Of a stretch of DNA of 64,000 nucleotides, positions 10,601 through 17,943 are shown one piece after another. A program made the position numbers and the translations under genes. The DNA lies in the IMG/VR virus record IMGVR_UViG_3300044974_000721, positions 7,228 through 71,227 of that record, one strand, 5' to 3'. Below the pieces are notes generated by a model that saw only the letters and a list, made by a program, of their open reading frames with translations, did not search any database and was not told where the DNA came from. The stretch is from a virus. Position 1 is the first letter of the stretch, and each line of letters starts with the position of its first letter.

Positions 10601-13600
10601 TTTGTGGTAGTAATGTATCTAGTTTTCTTTCTTCTTGTTCTTTTTTAAGTTGCTCGAATATTCTGCTTTCTAATAAGTACGCTGGACCTTTACTTGTATC
10701 ACTCCCAGGACGTAAGTTTGATACCATATCGCGCCGCGTGGCTGTTGTTAACTCTAATTGTATACTTGATGCCCCTGAGTGATATATATAAGGATTCTCT
10801 ACTAAAAAGCTTACCCCTCTATATTCCCTTGCTGATGTTGCTGGTAACTTAAATTTTATATACTCTTGTCTTCTTCTCTGCCCATCTTGTTTTGTATACT
10901 GGCTAAACGCATTTATTGTAAAATACCCGGCGTTTATATCTATATCTCCTATGCGCCTTACACTCTTTAACCTATCTAATATATTATTACTACTACTACT
11001 AACAGGTGAGTAAACACCTCCTTTATAGTAAAAACTATTAGTATCTCCTCTAAAGTTTACACTTTCGTAAGTAAGTCCTAACAACTTATTTATTACGTTA
11101 AGCTGTCTTCTATCCAGGTTTCTTACATCTTCAAACCTAGTAATAGTCGTCGCATCTCCGTACTCTCCAAACTTTGCTATTAAGTTTCTTAGCGTGTTTG
11201 ATAATTTACTACTTTCTAAACCTAATCTACTAGCAATATCATCCGCACTTATATTGCTTATTAATAAATTAGCTACATTTACAGTCTCTTGTTTTAGAGC
11301 TGTTTTTACGTTTTCATTTACTATTAGCTGGTCTTTATGTATAAAGCTTGTTCCTTGCTTTAAATGCTTTTCAATGTCTGCTTTAAAACTAGTGTTTCCT
11401 AATAAATTAGCGCTGTCTAGACTAATGTTAGTCACATGATATTGTACATATTCTGGTCTTGTCTTATTATTTCCTGCTTCGTATCTAAACCCTTCATTAA
11501 CATACGAAAAGTCAGACATAGTTGATATGCCGATGGACTGTAGAACGCGCTTGGGGGCTTTACCTCCAAGAAACCCTCTAACTAGTAGTTGGGAGTTAGC
11601 GTAATCTACCTTTAGCTTCTGTAGTATAGTAACAGCATCCTCTCCTGTGTTTAACCTATCCTGTATAATTCTAAATTGGTGCGGCGCTAAGCTCGTAAGA
11701 AACGTATTATCAATTAGCGTCTCAGGATTACTTAACACATCTCCTATGGCGCTGTCTGCCCCTAAAGTATCTGCTGCTAATCCAAATTTATACGACGCTG
11801 ATTCTACCGGTCTTGTACTCTGTAAGTTTCTCATCCGTTCTGGAATCTGTTCTGTTACTCTATATGGAAAGTACATAACAGTCTCATTATCTATATCCCC
11901 AGATACATTCTTATTTATACTGAATAACTCATTAGTCATTGCATCTACTATGCGGGTTATTTCTTCTTTTGTATAGCCTTGGTTCTTTAGGCTTCTTCTT
12001 ACTTGGTTTTTGTACTCTTTCTTGTTTATAACCGACAACCCTCTCATAGTCTGCATCATTAAATGCGTCTGTCTTATAGTTACTGCCCCCTCCGCTACGT
12101 TATATATCCCACCTAAGTTATCGTATAACTCAGGTTTTATAAACCTCTTGTGGTCAGCTTTTCCTCTTATAAATCCTTTCCCATCTACTTCAAGAGTCTC
12201 TCCGTGTCTTAAAGGATGAGGGCTTAATAGTAAGTCTAGGGTACCTTGTTCTTCAGCTAAGTCATATATATCATCGTTTATACCATATACAGGTCTTTTA
12301 AACATAGCTTGGCCCATAGAGTATCTTAACTCATGCGGCTGCATAAAAGGACTTGTTATTTGGTTAAACATTTCTGTTTTGATTCTTCTTATTCTATTGT
12401 CGTAAAAGACTTGCGCCCTTCTGTCACTTTTTACCATTAACCTCTGTATATCAGAAAACATAGTAGCGGTTTCTTTATTAGACCTAGTATTTTCTATAAT
12501 ATCTAATAGCTCTGCTACTATTGCATCTCCTTGATTTCTAGCATCTAACGGTTTTTTAAAGAAGTCCGCTGCTGTTTTATCCTTGTACAAATTACTTATA
12601 AGGTCTCCTCTAGCTTTTAGATGAGAAGGATTCATACCGGGGACAGCATATACTTTATCATACGTTTTTAGCCTATTAAGAGTGTCTGTAAGTATTTTTT
12701 GTTTTAGGTTATTATTAATAGATTGAGATTGTAATTGCATAAGAAGAGCGCTAAAATTCTTCTCTCTTGATGTAAGAGAAGGAAAATGCTTATTCATTTC
12801 AAGGCTAAGAATTGTCCCTAATATTTTTTGTAGTGCAGTTGTTTTATCTGCAGCAGTCATAATATTAAGCGCTTGGTTTATAGACCCCCGCGTAGCTTCA
12901 AAAGTCAACATATGTCTCATAGTGTTAACCAAGCCTCCTACTACCTCAAGAGCATTAAAGGTTTGTTGTCCTCTTGGGTTTATTGTTTTATCTCCTAACA
13001 CTTTCAGCGCGCGGCTACTGTTATTCACAAATGTCATGCCGTTTATTACTCTTCCTGTTTTTGATAAGTACGCTACCGGCTCTACTTGTCCACTTATCCC
13101 TCTCTCTTCTCCTAATGTTACCGAAAAACTATACCCCGGTAACTCCCCATTTAATGACCCTATACTTATATCTACACCTATACGCTTATAAGTATTTGGG
13201 TCGTAGATTATTGTGTAAGAAAACTCTTTGCCTTTAGGAGTACCTTCAGTAGAGTATACTCCCCCCATTTTTTTTAGAATACTAATTAGTTCATCTGTTT
13301 GTTGTTGACTTCCTCTTCTCTGTGTAGGAGAACTAAGATTAGCTCCTCTGTTTAACTTAGAAAAGTTACTCACACCGTAGTAGTAATAGTCTGCTATTTC
13401 TTGTTGTTCTTTATCTGTTAAGCCCCCTACTGTGTTTTTGTCTAACATCATAAACACTTCAAGGTTATCTTTATAAGCTTTATAGCTTAAGTTGCTAGAA
13501 CCAATACCATATTGTAAAAGTTTTAGGTCTTGCGCATTACTATCATCTATAACTGCAAAGCTTTTACTATGCGCAAATCTAGTAGGTAAAATAGAAAAGG

Positions 13601-15113
13601 ATTTATGTTCTAACAATACCTTCATAGTATTCTTAGCTAAGTGATATAAATCATCACCATCTGCTTTTGTTCTAGCTAAATCTTCATTGTAGTATCTATC
13701 TAACAAAGGGAATAAACCTTGGCTATCCCCATAACTTTTACCCGCTACTCCTATACTTAACCTATCTTGCTCTGCTAGTCTTCTAAAGACCTTAAGCATT
13801 TCTTTTCTTATATTCTTGTTATACTCTGAGTATGCGGCATCTTTAGGCCCATCTTTCTTGCCCCCAAAGCCTGATTTTGATTGGATAAATAGGCTCTCTA
13901 CATATTGCATAGAGATAACTACTTTAGATTTCTCCCCGTCTTTACTTAATTTTCTTAATTTATTTAGCAGTTCAGTTTGTATTTCATCTCTAATAAATAC
14001 AGTTCTATTAGGACCTACTCCGCTTCTTTTAGATTGAAAACTACGTTTAATATCTTCAACAAACTCTTTAGGGTTTACTAGAGATAGGCTATTTATAACT
14101 TCTGACACTTCTAAGGAAGCCAAATTGTATTTAGGGTCAGAAGCTACGGTATATATACTATCCGTTATATCTTTTATTTCTTGTATTAAGTTATTTCTAA
14201 TAAAAGTTCTTTTACTGTCTGAGAAGTTATGCGATCTTAAAATAAGCATTTCCTCAGTAGTATGAGCACGGCTTAAAGTATCTGTAATATTTTGAGTACT
14301 AATAAAAGCTATAGAAGCGGTATCAGGAGTATTATAAAGGTAACCAACTTTAGCGTGCAAGCTAAAGTTATTAAATCCCACAGTAGCGACAGTTTTACCT
14401 TGTTCTGTAAGAACTTTAGTAGCAATATCGTTACCTAAAAGGACGTTCATTGCAGTTTTATTTTGATTTTTTATAAGTTCTGCTTCATTGCTAATGTCGG
14501 GGAGAGGACTTTTAAGATAAGACTGAGTAACTAACTCAACAGAGCCAGGGCGTTGGCTTAAAGCAGAGAAGACACTGTTTTCTTGTACTTGGTACAAGGA
14601 GGTACGAAGAGTAAGGTCTTGAGTTTCTTTGCTATTAAAGAGGGAAAATAGGTCGTAGTGTGTAGGTCGAGAAACAAAGCCATCTGCGGAATATAGGTCT
14701 CTATGAAGTGTGGATGGATTAACAGTTTGAGTATTATTAATAGTGTAAAGAGTAGCTTGCTCCATTTGACTAAGATAAGAGCCAAGGGAGTTTTGAAGCC
14801 TATTTGCTTGATAGTTTACTAAAAGTTCAGTACGCAGGCGAAGTTCAGCTTGGTCGTAATTAAATGACGATTGAGTCATTTTATTGAAAAAATCGTTGCT
14901 GTGTTTTTTAGCAGCAACAAAAGGGTCATTAGCATTTTCATCAAAGCTTGAGAAAAACTGGGTAATAGGGCTACCCGCGTTCATATTGTATTCTACAAGG
15001 CTTTGGAAAACATCATCTTTAGGGTGGGGTCTGCCCTTTAAAGAGGATTCATCATCAGAAATATCTGACCCATCATCGGACAATCCCGATGTAGTTTTTT
15101 CTTCTTCGTCCAT
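1662..15113 (-). CDS. Giant 4483-aa protein: N-terminal tandem PLD (HxK) domains plus putative single-chain two-barrel RNA polymerase with a long coiled-coil insert (candidate virion RNAP)
   Basis: PLD-like motifs HAK..ISTQN (H253) and HSKSFAVID..GSSN..E (H515). RNAP-like motifs in order: MSDFSY (D1201), LRPGSDTSKG (R1468/K1475), DIYAILSPSQIK (K1521), IRQAGSDRLKLVGFSSIAMSSFLLSSHEI (H2311), TLRAGSP (R3140), LGDNDGDS (D3202), GLLGTTYN, QQFIRDAGLK. The ORF is certain; the function is inferred. Confidence 0.65.
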   Translation of the reverse strand: MDEEEKTTSGLSDDGSDISDDESSLKGRPHPKDDVFQSLVEYNMNAGSPITQFFSSFDENANDPFVAAKKHSNDFFNKMTQSSFNYDQAELRLRTELLVNYQANRLQNSLGSYLSQMEQATLYTINNTQTVNPSTLHRDLYSADGFVSRPTHYDLFSLFNSKETQDLTLRTSLYQVQENSVFSALSQRPGSVELVTQSYLKSPLPDISNEAELIKNQNKTAMNVLLGNDIATKVLTEQGKTVATVGFNNFSLHAKVGYLYNTPDTASIAFISTQNITDTLSRAHTTEEMLILRSHNFSDSKRTFIRNNLIQEIKDITDSIYTVASDPKYNLASLEVSEVINSLSLVNPKEFVEDIKRSFQSKRSGVGPNRTVFIRDEIQTELLNKLRKLSKDGEKSKVVISMQYVESLFIQSKSGFGGKKDGPKDAAYSEYNKNIRKEMLKVFRRLAEQDRLSIGVAGKSYGDSQGLFPLLDRYYNEDLARTKADGDDLYHLAKNTMKVLLEHKSFSILPTRFAHSKSFAVIDDSNAQDLKLLQYGIGSSNLSYKAYKDNLEVFMMLDKNTVGGLTDKEQQEIADYYYYGVSNFSKLNRGANLSSPTQRRGSQQQTDELISILKKMGGVYSTEGTPKGKEFSYTIIYDPNTYKRIGVDISIGSLNGELPGYSFSVTLGEERGISGQVEPVAYLSKTGRVINGMTFVNNSSRALKVLGDKTINPRGQQTFNALEVVGGLVNTMRHMLTFEATRGSINQALNIMTAADKTTALQKILGTILSLEMNKHFPSLTSREKNFSALLMQLQSQSINNNLKQKILTDTLNRLKTYDKVYAVPGMNPSHLKARGDLISNLYKDKTAADFFKKPLDARNQGDAIVAELLDIIENTRSNKETATMFSDIQRLMVKSDRRAQVFYDNRIRRIKTEMFNQITSPFMQPHELRYSMGQAMFKRPVYGINDDIYDLAEEQGTLDLLLSPHPLRHGETLEVDGKGFIRGKADHKRFIKPELYDNLGGIYNVAEGAVTIRQTHLMMQTMRGLSVINKKEYKNQVRRSLKNQGYTKEEITRIVDAMTNELFSINKNVSGDIDNETVMYFPYRVTEQIPERMRNLQSTRPVESASYKFGLAADTLGADSAIGDVLSNPETLIDNTFLTSLAPHQFRIIQDRLNTGEDAVTILQKLKVDYANSQLLVRGFLGGKAPKRVLQSIGISTMSDFSYVNEGFRYEAGNNKTRPEYVQYHVTNISLDSANLLGNTSFKADIEKHLKQGTSFIHKDQLIVNENVKTALKQETVNVANLLISNISADDIASRLGLESSKLSNTLRNLIAKFGEYGDATTITRFEDVRNLDRRQLNVINKLLGLTYESVNFRGDTNSFYYKGGVYSPVSSSSNNILDRLKSVRRIGDIDINAGYFTINAFSQYTKQDGQRRRQEYIKFKLPATSAREYRGVSFLVENPYIYHSGASSIQLELTTATRRDMVSNLRPGSDTSKGPAYLLESRIFEQLKKEQEERKLDTLLPQRIRKQDIYAILSPSQIKGFNFEQGLMLIEDKDSSFLKEIKKTDGSKALAEGLALMMLGEKAGSDTIMQLLATSLNQQDSKTQAAKALDILAKHDYAKKMKLPKRKLGDTATKTDNLEPTFTVFGELSSLALPAYVKQELAKDTPDISQALIKTVAAALRGDSAALSHIRTQSIKLFETARSNPNSFNYNNRFIFNDESTRTASVLAFFTKASQDLFRNININDRLTGKSISEINAGYFLQGNNIEHYYSNNNLESKNKAAVLALIQSVQVIGSVLNIHLPTPEEIQTLEEDKRKTKIRELQLGLRQLDTILRLNRFLEFGVEQMPSRIAVAIGMQNMTKMEGQYMYELTKNQMGLYTDRHKESEDILNIQQAVLMLGSIVEGELIDPTKAKTKYKIQANNLALIGQTGSPLEFISKFTTAYTEQADKGLPTIVNTDNKTTSLAKEAILNYVLGDNEKSNVALSELSNTKNILLGLLSNRASEAQEDSTSLRLSKIEDIMLATLLSDDAQKSKIQGTLRLITYFRTLFPTSTDTNTLVKFALQHQKRTGTVSVPEEYYVSLFTSLYDSGATATNIDRFLTKELLEDAGVFTVYREQLRSRIESAKGTSIGTEYVNQSLESLRSYSKLLKNISSTSSLNREQRERAESLYKSVTNTQLVTLPALYIGLSTTESGKYDVFYSPDSKQTGTHGILLGLDLLEKLSLVFQGQSHDALVAQIRLRYALEETAPLLKRIADHQLLNPASLDNLPTISAEEKKQYENLQTLLLQTQATTMDLINNQETIRQAGSDRLKLVGFSSIAMSSFLLSSHEIAAGSKFEEISQDTNTPEILTKNISDVSFKLNKKFKEAKGSVERRLRGKNYDLHALNTLIDSDDALKSFVYGSSAYSDNNYVIIDKDDQNNVKLKRITTTGEERTETILLEAKKQPGSSITNNSIRYYTGDDTKTAQQYREELSSIEQQITDTTERLNTGIANRDQRNLEIQTRQDNVNVYSNSLTVIRNLRNTRSQPSILNPRLRQERREQQLADILSYAASQSSLISQLQTIKNNLRSLNTGPLNVEATNAELVRQRRLLNIARRNYAQLTAEQQTNSFIETPSGRFPSRLPNAAQSYIYLIEEIQGNIRQLELRHQELQTYRREYNVSISNIEQITNLDSTLQQELLTQRELLNIARRNYAQLSAEQQTNSFIETPSGRFPSRLPNAAQSQIYLIEEIEGNIRRLESQLNLNTNTDILALYIGNIEDKLQKSANIRSLITRSQNTISTLERDMSTRHRRQTTDLNNQIRQDRRSLLRSIEQENTILRASLIQEGTYNDQQIRQRLLENRQARINDFTLTADTRRSNLLLAQQQEEQSYKERINRRQAVINRYEQQIAQLNQTITRLESAMERRIEALNIQLDSERGEIADETERINDIRSQLSTLRRSKRDLKSLYRKEVRYSNYKEYKRLSKEIRDKEREIARLEEGRDVERARLEQQKAELKVQRERYKETTYTKYKKYSELTNEEKAVARMLTSSIDTTIDRGVINSETLFRREVGEEILNKGVEEYNLIKREYYLRGGETAAMPVDLEITKSHIDQIARYTNNKYLSVDQINDFILKLVLATDAEGMNAARVAETQEEAKRSYEQNKNKIKGSITFATTLRAGSPSGTSLLSETGTLLNETRTVEELRERADILNTNISPAEEGSNTLVLMSALGTHYTQLGDNDGDSFQSAVTQMAVLTRRIKEQSQKIKELQDRISLKHQPRIENNDTAKELAQEVRRQDIQEEEHKLENLTRQHNEALKQFELIRNNAVSRAKKGIRTFARVYSALPEELIGDSKFIKDIHLQTFVKQFRDTIGAADHVGSVMTATQQLSPKFLSSLRFLTEGTTEAQQQARLNSIHSNDISRRLLSGFEGVSRDSEEFRTLQQYLTFLGKEESDLTAEEQNLLEVLTRQQRTIIQAKSNKATQEDLMAPLVKYVQTEIATVAQLGAATSTITSKILKSAQGSIINDQTLQELQAIIGTSTGGLLGTTYNTVVPLIALQMANIGALKALSSKEDKSYRLALAAGIMAQTSASSTLSIPSVPIAELNNLKEQLLTGQYSAKAKIAQLQAEKDIEVAMRFVTTTQQFIRDAGLKPKERKGDTSGKSGPKSLLEAVDTYTIDPKIASEYNIDKEKAEKLQGLTSIIRAIEEANDPKNANKFREELLNRFLSTKVGEPLIAAQMYKDDEALSTLRSFAALQIVTDYLSGKYKTADDLINNSPLSTALKSAQSSKEYEGYTSDDFITKYIANLYSDFQLKYTVSNVSVDLANRKEQFNKGYELLEYYGLDREGNILSDRDTKLNKITEDYLKEKSLFREYTSGDKDAEEFREEYYKKLTERSDAVSTAIKALSAGGKSDEGIVYQTAMEALISKNIEQDSESFIKGLQQLKGLHSTIQNMKANNLPGVDQLEQELGLYSTAFANRLGSGHTDLNLFTGFFATIIPKLAELKQTADVKNAAGDSSMYDNLLYSLAGINNADSLFSPNLITPTGVDETEFTNAYKQAGTHKATFDQRLQLAKEHTKLNYAQGDTDLIANLDALTFSSIDESLSESDKLSEFDRQSLQIEKLVSRAHELKKQTTTGVDLDKEIAKYTEFKQDLSTIKHLNKSSVDYAAETNAFSYAVQQLTTEMIDIGEKLRSPDLSDEDEKRLRERGLELENMLFRPQDNRQALINEFRNLGVDSGAEDLVNKLEQTIATHTKQVQKEQNEQARVVLGKTASRINSMSEGLSILAIPALFAIMQNPGDSVEQIAAGTLDMYQSMVGSPTAMGIMASPLSTPSPEELLKSHRVMQSMQVTRIRNQLKYNDSFTAGLAAGVAFEGIFKASQALTKQAVDYFDNLQDGFSSTVKGRFLAEFAGGIIGLGLAGLMTNSQAGLPTEDYTESNIALRVIDQIRQSSQAATNNYIEAVISSMSEIVYDNNDSYYYAQVDFSEEGVSNTERNQILGTLNLYDENMSELDQQYDNYI
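6958..7408. repeat. Internal duplication of ~165 bp, copies 282 bp (94 aa) apart, inside the giant gene
   Basis: LLNIARRNYAQL(T/S)AEQQTNSFIETPSGRFPSRLPNAAQS(Y/Q)IYLIEEI(Q/E)GNIR occurs twice; ctacttggaaagcgtccagaagg is at 7021 and 7303. Confidence 0.95.
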
Positions 15114-15171
15114 TTTTTATAGTTATATTAAGTGTACAGAACTTTTTAAACAGGCAAACAGCTAATAATAT

Positions 15172-15954
15172 ATGACTGGTAAACAGGTTTTAACAATTGA
15201 TGCATCTTCAACACCTAACCAGGTATTAACAGTAAGTTTTTACGTACCGGATTATGGTGATTACGTAAAGGTAAAGAGGTTATATCCTTATCCTACCAGG
15301 GATGGAGAGCAAAGACCCCCCTATAGTGTTGAGGAACTATTATTTGCTTATCTTATTGCTGAGATAAAGAAAAAGGGAAAAGCCTTACCTATAGACCCTC
15401 AAGACTTACCCTCTAGACTAGAACCTTTTCCTATAGATGATCGTCAAGCTATCATGCAGGAGTTTATAGCTACTTGTTTTCCAGACGATGAGCAACAAAA
15501 AACGGCTAGAAACTTTGCGTTGGAGCAACGAAAAGGAGAACCTAAACCCTCTATAGTTGTGCCAGCTTTAATTACTCCTAGTGGACGTAGCTACACTTTT
15601 GTAAGACCCAATACAGGGGCTCAATGGAAAGCGGACAACAGTTGGAAGAGTGCTTCGGAGAACGGCTGTACTTTAGATGAATATTTACTAGCAATGTGTT
15701 TAACACATGTAGACGGTAAAGAGATAGAACCTCAAAAAGACCCTATTGAGGTTTTTACAGGAGAGAGTATAGAGTTAGTACAGTTTCTAGCTATGATTTT
15801 TGTTAACGCCTTTTTATTAGACGACAAGGCGGCTGAAGAAGCAAAAAAGAGGGGAAAACTGAACAAGCAGAAATTGAGAGCCGCATTTGGGAACAGCAAG
15901 TCTGCTACACACCGAACAGTAGATACTACACCGACATCAGCTGCACAAGTTTAA
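15172..15954 (+). CDS. Tail assembly chaperone (gpG-like)
   Basis: 260 aa with RP.T...Q / LLAMCLTHVDG pattern typical of myophage tail chaperones; slippery heptamers near the 3' end. Confidence 0.65.
   Translation: MTGKQVLTIDASSTPNQVLTVSFYVPDYGDYVKVKRLYPYPTRDGEQRPPYSVEELLFAYLIAEIKKKGKALPIDPQDLPSRLEPFPIDDRQAIMQEFIATCFPDDEQQKTARNFALEQRKGEPKPSIVVPALITPSGRSYTFVRPNTGAQWKADNSWKSASENGCTLDEYLLAMCLTHVDGKEIEPQKDPIEVFTGESIELVQFLAMIFVNAFLLDDKAAEEAKKRGKLNKQKLRAAFGNSKSATHRTVDTTPTSAAQV
15843..15858 (+). promoter_or_regulatory. Programmed -1 frameshift site (A AAA AAG and G GGA AAA)
   Basis: Both X XXY YYZ heptamers are correctly phased in the 15172 frame. The -1 frame opens just after TGA at 15834-15836 and runs without a stop into ORF 16005..16433. 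Confidence 0.75.
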
Positions 15955-16004
15955 GTATAGGAAAAGGTAATCTACCTTATTGCTATTATGTTCCAGCAAA
16001 GCCT

Positions 16005-16433
16005 ATGGCTGCTAATATACTAATATCAGGTAGATTATGTATATATCCAAGTTGGTACCCGGTACCAAGAGGGTTAATGTTTAACACACAGCAAGAGGCA
16101 GATAATTTTACCATATCTGAGAGTTTAAGATTGGATGCTGAATCTGAGTACTTTTCTAAAAGATATGATTTAGGTAGTTTTATTGCTATAAACCAATATA
16201 TTAAGTTAGATATAACTGATTGGTTAGGACTGAGGGAATCTCCTTTTGTTAAGCATTATGGCATACCTGATTGTATTAAAAAAGCTTTAGCATTTGAGGT
16301 TGCAAATATAGCCCGCGAGCAAGAAAGTAAACGCCGCGAACAAGAACGCCAACTTGAAATGAAAAGTATGGAGTACTCCAGCCAACTTAAATTCGGCTCT
16401 AATAACACTTCTTTTGGTAAGGTATATAATTAA
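16005..16433 (+). CDS. gpT-like C-terminal extension of the tail assembly chaperone, probably expressed by -1 frameshift
   Basis: Open -1 frame from 15837 to 16433 overlapping the end of 15172..15954. Confidence 0.65.
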   Translation: MAANILISGRLCIYPSWYPVPRGLMFNTQQEADNFTISESLRLDAESEYFSKRYDLGSFIAINQYIKLDITDWLGLRESPFVKHYGIPDCIKKALAFEVANIAREQESKRREQERQLEMKSMEYSSQLKFGSNNTSFGKVYN

Positions 16434-16500
16434 CTTTTTACCTTTTTATACTTCCTTTTAATATCTTTGGTACCTTTTAGGTGTTGCGCTGCATAGGCTT

Positions 16501-17925
16501 ATGACTGATATAGATTATCCAGATAAACGGTCCGCACGGGGCAAATTTACACAACTGGGCATGCATAGTTCTTTGACTTATGCTCGTAGATTACCTCATG
16601 TTAGAATTAGATTGTACGAACGATTAGCTAAACAAGACTTAACTATAAAAACTGCTTTAAACACACTAATAGATTATGTAATATCAACTATAGGAGATGT
16701 AACACATCCTGATCCAGAAATAGCTGATTTTCTTAACACTAATCTTAGAAGAATGGAAGATACTCTCGGCGTAAGCTGGAAAAACTGCCTTCGTGTAGCT
16801 GAATTTACTAAGTCTTGGGCCGGCTCTTCTGTCTCTGAACTAATGTTTAATCTGGAATTTGGTACTCTTACATTAGCTGATATTATAACCTATCACCCCT
16901 CTACTATTTTTATATACACAAATAAAAAAGGACGATTAGTAGATGGAGAAGCAACCTGGGATGGTCATAGAAAGTCTGGCGTATACCAAACTGTTGTAGG
17001 CTCAACAACTGCAGAAAAGAAGTTAGACCTTTGGAAAGTTCTTTATTTATGTAATGAACAAGACTTTGGTAACTATTATGGTCAATCTCTAGTAGCCCCT
17101 TGTTATAAATGGGAACGGTTAAAAAATGCTTTAATTGATTTGATGATGATTTATATGGAGAAAGCTGGTCATAGGTTAACATGGATAGCCTCTACTAGTT
17201 CACCTACAAATCAATCCAGAGTAAATCCGTCTACAGGAGAAGAGGAACCTATAACTACCTTTGACTTACTAAAAGAGCAGATTGACGCGGATGAGGGAAT
17301 AAAAAATACGTTAATGCTCCCTTTTAATATAGACGGCGCTAGACCAGAAGTCGGTTCTATAGCTCAAGCGGACATAATAGGAAACACGTATTTAGACGCT
17401 ATATGGTATGCTGACCAAGAATGCATAAGGCATATAATACCTTATTTTCTTATTTCTGACAGGAGTTTAGGATTAAATCCTGAGTCTGTAGAACGAAGGA
17501 TGGAGGTATTTTATGAGTCTTTAGAAGCTAAACGCGAGCAGTTAACTTCAGCTTTAATTAAGCAAGTATTTACATTGTTAATTCAATGGAATTTTAACCG
17601 TGAGTCCGCTAAAACTCCTCCCAGATTTACTAGAATATACTCCGACCGCTCTGAAGACAGAGTAGCAACTATGCAGGTAATTAAGGGTTTAACAGAAATT
17701 GGCTGTTTAAACCCTCGGAATGACGAAGACTGGAAGATGATACGTCAAATGGTAAGATTAGGTGGAAGACAAATTGAGCCTGATGATTTGAAGTTTATAC
17801 AGCAAGTTGTTATTGAACCTAGACAGAAAACCCAATTGTCAGATGTAGGCCCTAATGGCGCTGGTAAACCTGGTAGGTCTACGGGGTCTACTACTAAACA
17901 GATTAAAGCTAGAGATAAACAGTAG
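16501..17925 (+). CDS. Portal protein (Mu gp29/DUF935-like)
   Basis: 474 aa; GSSVSEL and GNYYGQSLVAPCYKW..K.......YMEKAG motifs; lies upstream of protease and capsid genes. Confidence 0.85.
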   Translation: MTDIDYPDKRSARGKFTQLGMHSSLTYARRLPHVRIRLYERLAKQDLTIKTALNTLIDYVISTIGDVTHPDPEIADFLNTNLRRMEDTLGVSWKNCLRVAEFTKSWAGSSVSELMFNLEFGTLTLADIITYHPSTIFIYTNKKGRLVDGEATWDGHRKSGVYQTVVGSTTAEKKLDLWKVLYLCNEQDFGNYYGQSLVAPCYKWERLKNALIDLMMIYMEKAGHRLTWIASTSSPTNQSRVNPSTGEEEPITTFDLLKEQIDADEGIKNTLMLPFNIDGARPEVGSIAQADIIGNTYLDAIWYADQECIRHIIPYFLISDRSLGLNPESVERRMEVFYESLEAKREQLTSALIKQVFTLLIQWNFNRESAKTPPRFTRIYSDRSEDRVATMQVIKGLTEIGCLNPRNDEDWKMIRQMVRLGGRQIEPDDLKFIQQVVIEPRQKTQLSDVGPNGAGKPGRSTGSTTKQIKARDKQ

Positions 17926-17943
17926 CCGCGCGGCTACTGTTTA
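17916..17943. terminator. Perfect 28-bp palindrome between convergent genes (bidirectional terminator-like)
   Basis: taaacagtagccgcgcggctactgttta contains the stop codons of both the portal gene and the opposite-strand SWIM gene. Confidence 0.75.

Noticed and set aside
1734-15165. Numerous 60-140-aa + strand ORFs
   Set aside because: They are antisense shadows of the 4483-aa gene with no recognisable motifs.
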